Shown here one piece after another: positions 58,020 through 64,000 of a stretch of 64,000 nucleotides of DNA. The stretch is taken from the NCBI GenBank assembly GCA_036867785.1, contig CP145417.1, positions 868,001 to 932,000 of the forward strand, in the 5' to 3' direction. Below the pieces are notes generated by a model. The model saw only the letters and a list, made by a program, of their open reading frames with translations, was not told where the DNA came from and did no database searches. The position numbers and the translations under genes were made by a program. Every line of letters starts with the position of its first letter. Positions within the stretch are counted from its first letter, which is position 1. The stretch comes from Plasmodiophora brassicae. Lineage: Eukaryota.

Positions 58020-59560
58020 ATGTCGTCCAGTCCTGTGATCGGCGTGTTCCTGGCGCTGACAGGGGTGGTCGCATCCACATCGGCGGATGCGAACTGGTCG
58101 GGGACGAACTCCTACTTCATCTACAGCATCCCGAATCCAGATCGTGGCACAATGCTCGATGCAATCGCCGGCGCCGGCTATAAGGTCATTCGAGTCTTCA
58201 TCACATCGACCGGAGCGCGCTCCAAGGGCACGAACTCCACCGGCGTCCACGACCTGGAACCAGGGACCGTTGGCGTCTATTACGACAGCATTCTGACGCA
58301 GATCGACCAGCTCATGGTCGACTGCATTCAGCGACGACTGAAGCTCATCATCGCGATGCACGACAGGTACATGCTCGGGTGGTCTGGCTCCGACGCCTAC
58401 GTCTACAAGTATCATCTGCCAACGGGTTCTCGCCCATGTATATATACGTATGCATGCGCGACGCGAGCTGACGGTGTCCCTGTGTGTCAGGATCCCACAA
58501 CAATGCGACAGCGTTCTATTTCGACTCGCGAGCCCAATCCGACTTCGACCGTCGCCTGCTGCATATTCTGAACCACCAGAACGCTCTGCTCGGTAACCGA
58601 TCCTGGTCGGCCCTGTCCGAGGCCGTGTTCGCGTTCGAACCCGAGAACGAATCCCAGGGGTATCTGTCTGTCCCGAACCCGTCCTGGCTTTGCGATCGTG
58701 CCGCTGTCATCCGCCAGGCGCTGGGCCCAGGAAACCCGATTCTCGTGTCAACCGGGGGAGGGGTGGCATTCTCTGACTCGAACTCCAAGTCGTACTTCCA
58801 GTGCCCCTCTATTGACATCGTGGCCGTCCACGATTACACGCGGCAAACAGCATCTGGGTTGAACCAGTCGCTGGCACTGGCGAGGCAGTACGGGAAGAGG
58901 ATCATCCTGGAGGAATTCGGTGCCACCGGTACGAACAAGGCGACCAGCCTAGGCACGCAATCGTCGGCGGCAATGTCCCTCGGGATCCCCTGGATCGTCT
59001 GGGAATCGTTGAACCCAGGCGCCGGGGCCGCTGATTACGAGTTTTGGACGAATGAGCCTGGCTGGCAAACGCTATCCACCAATGCAATCAAGTCGTTGAC
59101 GCTGAATTCGTCGTTCACATGGCCGGAGCTGTATTCCGGCCATGCATCCACGACGCCTGCGAACCGCCGGGTCCAACCCACAACGGCACGACAGAAGAGG
59201 ACGACCACGAAGGTGCACAGGATGACCACGAAGGTGCAAAAGATGACCACGAAGGTGCACAGGATGACCACGAAGGTGCACAGGATGACCACGAAGGTGC
59301 AAATGATGACCACGAAGGTGCACAGGATGACCACGAAGGTGCACAGGATGACCACGAAGGTGCAAAAGATGACCACGAAGGCGCAAAGGATGACGTCGAA
59401 GGTGCACAGGATGACCACGAAAAGGATGACCACGAAGGTGCACAGGATGACCACGAAGGTGCAAAGGATGACCACGCCGGAAGACAACCTGCGAGGCAAG
59501 CTGATGACAACAACGGTGCAGAATAGGAACGTGAGTACCCCTGCTATAGTCGTTTGTTAG
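58020..59560 (+). CDS. Secreted GH5 glycoside hydrolase (mannanase-like) with a C-terminal basic Thr-rich repeat tail
   Basis: Signal peptide MSSSPVIGVFLALTGVVASTSA; WSGTNSYF, KVIRVF, LKLIIAMHDRY, intron 58426-58490, FAFEPENE (acid/base), AVHDY, IILEEFG (nucleophile), PWIVWE. Confidence 0.88.
59198..59474 (+). repeat. 21-bp coding minisatellite (~13 units) encoding (R/K)MTTKV(H/Q)
   Basis: aggatgaccacgaaggtgcac and variants in tandem. Confidence 0.95.
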
Positions 59561-59997
59561 CAATGTGGGTGCTCATCAGAAGCTTTGTAGACGTCGAAGA
59601 ACGGCAGCCGACCCCAAGTGGCATTCTCGCGGATAGCATATTCGTCGACGTATCGAGTCCCGCCCAGCATTTCCCATCGACAAAGACAGCCGCCAGGGAC
59701 GACTAGCGCCAAGGTTACCTCACGGTTGTTGTTGATTGATTAGCTGTTGACTGACCGCTATATATCGTAAGACGATGCAGCGTCTGCCGATCACGATATC
59801 GCTCTTGCGACCTCGCACATCGAACCTACGAAACCCTGCGGCAAACGTTGCCTCAGGCAGCCGAACAGCGCACCATACCATCACAGACAAGCAGGCGTAC
59901 ACAAGTAGGCGCGAACAGGGAAGAACGGCGAGAAGCAGCACCAATCCGAAAGCCAGCAATCGTCGGGGAAAGCGTCCGTCTTCCCACCAAACTACCG

Positions 59998-60510
59998 TCA
60001 AGAACGATTTGGCAGCAGAGATCGGGGTTCGTGTCTCATCTGCTTCAGTGAGTTCGCCGGGTCCTGTTCAAATTTCGTGGCCGCTAACACACCTTGCAGA
60101 GGCGACCAATATTGCGAACGTCTAATGCTGGGCGACCGCTTTTCAAAATCCAGGTCCGTTCGACGAGTCGGAAGGTGGACCAGAACCAGTCGAGTGGTCC
60201 CGAGGCCAGAATATCGTGGAGCGTAATGACCAACAACGCCATCTCCTGGGCGTCTACGAATGTGAAGGTTTTGACCGCCGGCGCCACTGTGTCCACGATC
60301 GCAATCGTTGTCGTGCTCTGGCTCCGCCGCAGCCGACTTCGTCGTCGCGCCAATGAGAACGTGGCGTTCCTGCAAAGTATCTTCACAAATGAGTACGACC
60401 GCGGTGTTGGCCTCTGAAATGTGCAGAGGTGGGCACCAGGACCTGAGAAGTTCGTCAGTGATCGGCACCCTTCTCCGGATGTTGATTTGGTAAATAATCG
60501 TCGTCGCCAT
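59998..60510 (-). CDS. Hypothetical or degenerate ORF
   Basis: Overlapping ORFs MATTIIYQINIRRRVPITDELLRSW... and IAIVDTVAPAVKTFTFVD...; the 3' part is also duplicated at 38887-39044. Confidence 0.3.
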   Translation of the reverse strand: MATTIIYQINIRRRVPITDELLRSWCPPLHISEANTAVVLICEDTLQERHVLIGATTKSAAAEPEHDNDCDRGHSGAGGQNLHIRRRPGDGVVGHYAPRYSGLGTTRLVLVHLPTRRTDLDFEKRSPSIRRSQYWSPLQGVLAATKFEQDPANSLKQMRHEPRSLLPNRS

Positions 60511-61438
60511 TATTCTGGAGCAGGTATATAACATGTCAGATGGTTTGCCCCGATCAAGTGCAGGAGGCCTTTCGGCGGTTGAATTAGGGCGCGTTCCACC
60601 CTGAGCGTCCCTTCCGTGTCGATATGGAGCTCACGTTGCCTTGCCCGCCGCCGTTCTCGTAGGGCAACCGGGTAGAGCGTATGCCATGTCTGCGTCGTGC
60701 TGCGACCATCCGGGTCCTCTGCTTGCAAGCCTAACAGCAATGCGTTCCGGGTGCGATTGACAGCCGCCTCAGGCAGGCCGACCCGGATGGCGTTGTTTGT
60801 ATACCCGTTCCGGTGGTCGGTGTCCGGATAGAAACGGCAGGCGCCACTGCTGTGATTCCTGCGCTCCAGAGCGGATTCGTGTCGATCCGCACTGCCGGCC
60901 ACATTTGCAATGGACGTCGGTGTACATGCGGGATCCATTCCGACGACCCGGTACTGCCATCAACGACGATTACTATACCATTGTATACCAACGTTGGTTG
61001 ATACCCATGCCCTTCCATGGGCGTGTCACTCAGGTCACGGGCGCAACGACAGCGGCCCCATTGTCAGCACGCCGGGTCGCTGCCTGATTTAGCCATGTGC
61101 CGCACGCGTCCATCGACTCCACATGCGGAATTTAGTCAAATGTTCGGCCAGAGTATGCAGTGCTGGACGAGCAGTCGTCATTCCGCACAATGAATGCTTT
61201 GCTGAATCATCACAGTTGATGCCTAACCTGCCCCGTGAGGCACCGACAACAACATCAGCGATGCAACAAACGTTTACTTTGGAACAAGACGATGGCGCGC
61301 CGACTCATGAGGAAAGCCCAGCCCGTTGATGACACTTCGTCATGATTTGGGTGAGAGCAACGGCATCGATTGAGAGAAATAGGAGGTATCGACCCTGTAG
61401 GTAATCCTGCACGACTGTGACATTTCCGATGGCATTTG

Positions 61439-62404
61439 TCATGACGAGGCATGGGCAAGGTCGAACACGCGGTTGACAATGTCGTCAACAACGACGGACC
61501 CATGGCGTTCGTTGAAGAACTTGGACTTGACAATGACGTCGACATGGGCGAACACTGGCCGGCTTGGCAATATCGCATAACGCTCCCAGTCCAGGGCGTC
61601 CAGCCTCCCCATCATCAGCTCCTCTAGGGGCGTATGCACCGTCTGTGAGCCGCCCTCGTCCATCTCCGCGGTCTCGGCGTCGTCACGAATAACACGTGGT
61701 GATTCGCCCAGGAGCAACTTGCTCAACGACACAGGGAACTGCGCCTTGAACGGGTTCGTCCGCCGGATCACCGACGTCTCGTAACCGACCGTCGGATCGT
61801 ATCGTATTGCGCCGTACGCGATCCGATGCCGAAACAAACGCAACGCGTTGATGAACGCGTCGTCCGTCATGCGAACGATCAACGGCACTGTCGAATCATC
61901 GCCGTCCTTCAGCATCAGCTCCTCGCCAGTCTGCTTGATGAAAAACCGGGTGCCGTGCATGAAGACATCGTCCACAATGGCGGTCAGTGGATGCGGTGCG
62001 AAGGATCGTGCCCTTCGTGCATGCTCCAGGGAACCCAGGTGCGGCGTTGCTATCGATAGGTAGATGACCGGTTGCACGCGAACGGGAATCGTGCCGTTGT
62101 CATGCAGCAGTCGAATAACGTACCGCGCGATGAGCCCGCCTAACGAGTGCCCGATGAACGAAATGTGCGTCGCATGGTGTTTCTGGCATTCATCGACAAT
62201 CCAGGGCGCCAGTCGCTCGGCGGCGCCCTGTATGCCGTGCCGCGTCAGGCCATGGTTCACGGTCGGCACCAGAACAACAGCGCTTATCCCGGTGGCATCG
62301 CGAAACCGCTCGCGCAGTCGCGTCGCCATGTAGGCGAAGTCGTCGGCCAGCCCGTGGAGGCCATGGACCATCACGACGGCATGCACGGCGCGCGTCGGCG
62401 GCAT
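61439..62404 (-). CDS. Putative serine esterase/lipase, DUF676 family
   Basis: HAVVMVHGLHG..DF, T.HGIQGAAERL, ISFIGHSLGGLIARY, YLSIATPHLG, QTGEELML.D, FINALRLFRHRIAYG....D.TVGYETS, FAHVDVIV. Confidence 0.92.
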   Translation of the reverse strand: MPPTRAVHAVVMVHGLHGLADDFAYMATRLRERFRDATGISAVVLVPTVNHGLTRHGIQGAAERLAPWIVDECQKHHATHISFIGHSLGGLIARYVIRLLHDNGTIPVRVQPVIYLSIATPHLGSLEHARRARSFAPHPLTAIVDDVFMHGTRFFIKQTGEELMLKDGDDSTVPLIVRMTDDAFINALRLFRHRIAYGAIRYDPTVGYETSVIRRTNPFKAQFPVSLSKLLLGESPRVIRDDAETAEMDEGGSQTVHTPLEELMMGRLDALDWERYAILPSRPVFAHVDVIVKSKFFNERHGSVVVDDIVNRVFDLAHASS

Positions 62405-62582
62405 CCTCGCCGGCCCTGCAGTGACCGGTGGCGGCCCGCTTACATTAATCGTTCGACGCCGGCGCAGTTCCGTAGTTTTGCGCGACTGCAGCTGCTCGCG
62501 CACTTACCTAAAGATAAGTACCCAGCACGTGCACGCTACGAGTACGCGACGCGCGGCGACCAGGATCCCAAGCCGTTTACTT

Positions 62583-63095
62583 CTACCCTGTGTGGTGGGC
62601 GGCCTCAGCGGGTACGCCTGCCAGGTTGCTGTGTTCCATCATCAGTGCAGTCATGTCGATGAACAGCTCGCCGTCTATGGTTTGAGCGCGCTGGGCATCG
62701 AGACGGGCACGCTCGGCGAGGAGATTGGCCACGCTGACGTGTGCCTGGGCAGCTCTGAGAATCAGCTCGGCAACCTCGTCGTTACGTCGAGCAGCGTCGG
62801 CGTGTAGCTGTGCACACATCTCTTCGCCCTGACCAACGTAGTCTGCCATAAGGATGCGTAGGCCTCTCAGGTGGACATTTCCGGCCTTGCGTTGTCGAGC
62901 CTCACGTCGCCGTTGCTTAGCCTCGAGTCTCAGCCGTACAGATTCACGTTTCCGTTCGGCGGCCTCGCGTCGTCGTTCAGCAGCAGCGCATCTCATCTGA
63001 GTAGCGTGCCGTAGTCGTTGAGCAGCCTGACGTCGCAATTCAGCGGCCTGGCGTTTGAGCTGGGCACTATCGCCCGCTGCGAGCGGCTGAACCAT
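62583..63095 (-). CDS. Hypothetical coiled-coil protein
   Basis: Arg/Ala/Glu-rich helical ORF (LKRQAAELRRQAAQRLR...). Confidence 0.4.
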   Translation of the reverse strand: MVQPLAAGDSAQLKRQAAELRRQAAQRLRHATQMRCAAAERRREAAERKRESVRLRLEAKQRRREARQRKAGNVHLRGLRILMADYVGQGEEMCAQLHADAARRNDEVAELILRAAQAHVSVANLLAERARLDAQRAQTIDGELFIDMTALMMEHSNLAGVPAEAAHHTG

Positions 63096-63289
63096 GTCGT
63101 CGTCCACGTCGACCTCCCCGATCGGCGGTCAACGTCGGAGGATAGGAATGCGATTTATCTTGGGCGGCGTCGGCGGGCACAACGACGGAATGGTCACCTG
63201 GACGATATTAGGCGCGAGCGCGTGCCAGTCGGTGTGCCCGTCGATACGAGTACTGCCTGTGGGCGTGCCTGGATTATCTCGTCGACTAC

Positions 63290-63818
63290 GATGAACGGAC
63301 GGCTGTCACCGGACCCCATTGGACCACGATGCTCGTCGATCTCTGACGATCTACAGGCAATGTCGTTCGCCGACAAAGCAGCGCCGGCTGCCGATGACCA
63401 CAAGGGCGCCGACGCCTGTGCCATGGAAATCGATTCGGGGGACGGAGCGTCACCGGGCAACGTCTCCGCCAGGGGACGCGTTAAGCGACACATGACCTCA
63501 ACAGTCCAGGCGCGCCCGACGTCGTCGGCCAGCCCCAGAAAACGCCTCGCCAGGACGCGAAGCAAGAGTGTGGCGGATCTCGCGAGCACGCCGCACGCAG
63601 GCGCTCGGCCCACCACGAAGTACCTCGCCAGAACGCGCAGCAAGAGTGTCCCGTCTCTACCTGACAGCGCCGTGCTAACGGGAACGGTGCCGCTGCGACC
63701 CAGCTCTGCTGGCGCCGACCGACGGCCAGACGCGCTGCGAACCTACCGCCTCATGCGCAAGAAAGCGTTCGTCCAGTCGTTCTTTGACCTCATCGACAGG
63801 CTTCGCGAAGAGATGTGA
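63290..63818 (+). CDS. Hypothetical low-complexity protein with a duplicated LARTRSKSV motif
   Basis: MNGRLSPDP...KRLARTRSKSVADL...KYLARTRSKSVPSL...FFDLIDRLREEM*. Confidence 0.45.
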
Positions 63819-64000
63819 CAGTGGACGATGCGGATTAAGTCGTGCCGACTTTCTGCACCCGCATGCACAGCGCTGTTAACTTGAACGCGTCGTACATTAC
63901 TATGCTGCGGCCTTCTGGCGAGTGTCAACGAGTCTGGTCAATGATCTCGACGCTAACACTGCAACCGCTGCGACACCGACGCCGGCACCAAACAGGGCCA

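Noticed and set aside
59035-59563. Hydrophobic (VVILCTF)n, (HPVHLRG)n and (DDHEGAQ)n repeat ORFs
   Set aside because: Alternative frames of the 21-bp minisatellite inside the GH5 CDS

Overview
GC-rich, very compact eukaryotic genomic DNA with many short (about 40-80 bp) GT-AG introns and flagellar genes (CFAP52, BBS8, CFAP20-like, MORN). This is inferred to be a zoosporic protist; the style fits a plasmodiophorid such as Plasmodiophora brassicae, but that cannot be verified here. Positions 2.3-35.2 kb and 43.9-53.4 kb are mostly housekeeping genes (PGLS, Rieske, pyruvate kinase, DPH6, TRIAP1/Mdm35, C12orf65-type release factor, P5CR, KIFBP, NDUFS6, DDB1, two GT17 paralogs, MCMBP, IWS1, AsnRS, ERG8). 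Unusual features: (1) three tandem, intronless, strongly diverged YdcG-type EVE-domain genes at 7.4-9.1 kb; (2) a multicopy family of proteins with an MG- start, a polyproline tract and a C-terminal WH2-C-A (Arp2/3-activator-like) tail, linked to a secreted GH5 hydrolase; (3) an inverted and circularly permuted copy of that ~5 kb cassette at 35.4-40.5 kb, whose two ends map about 20 bp apart inside the GH5 gene, as expected from integration of a DNA circle; (4) repeated fold-back palindromes made from coding fragments; (5) a predicted DEK_C-HMG-IWS1 fusion; (6) a tRNA-like gene with a 6-nt anticodon loop next to a 706-aa intronless bacterial-type orphan. Exon boundaries and family assignments were made by eye, with no database search.
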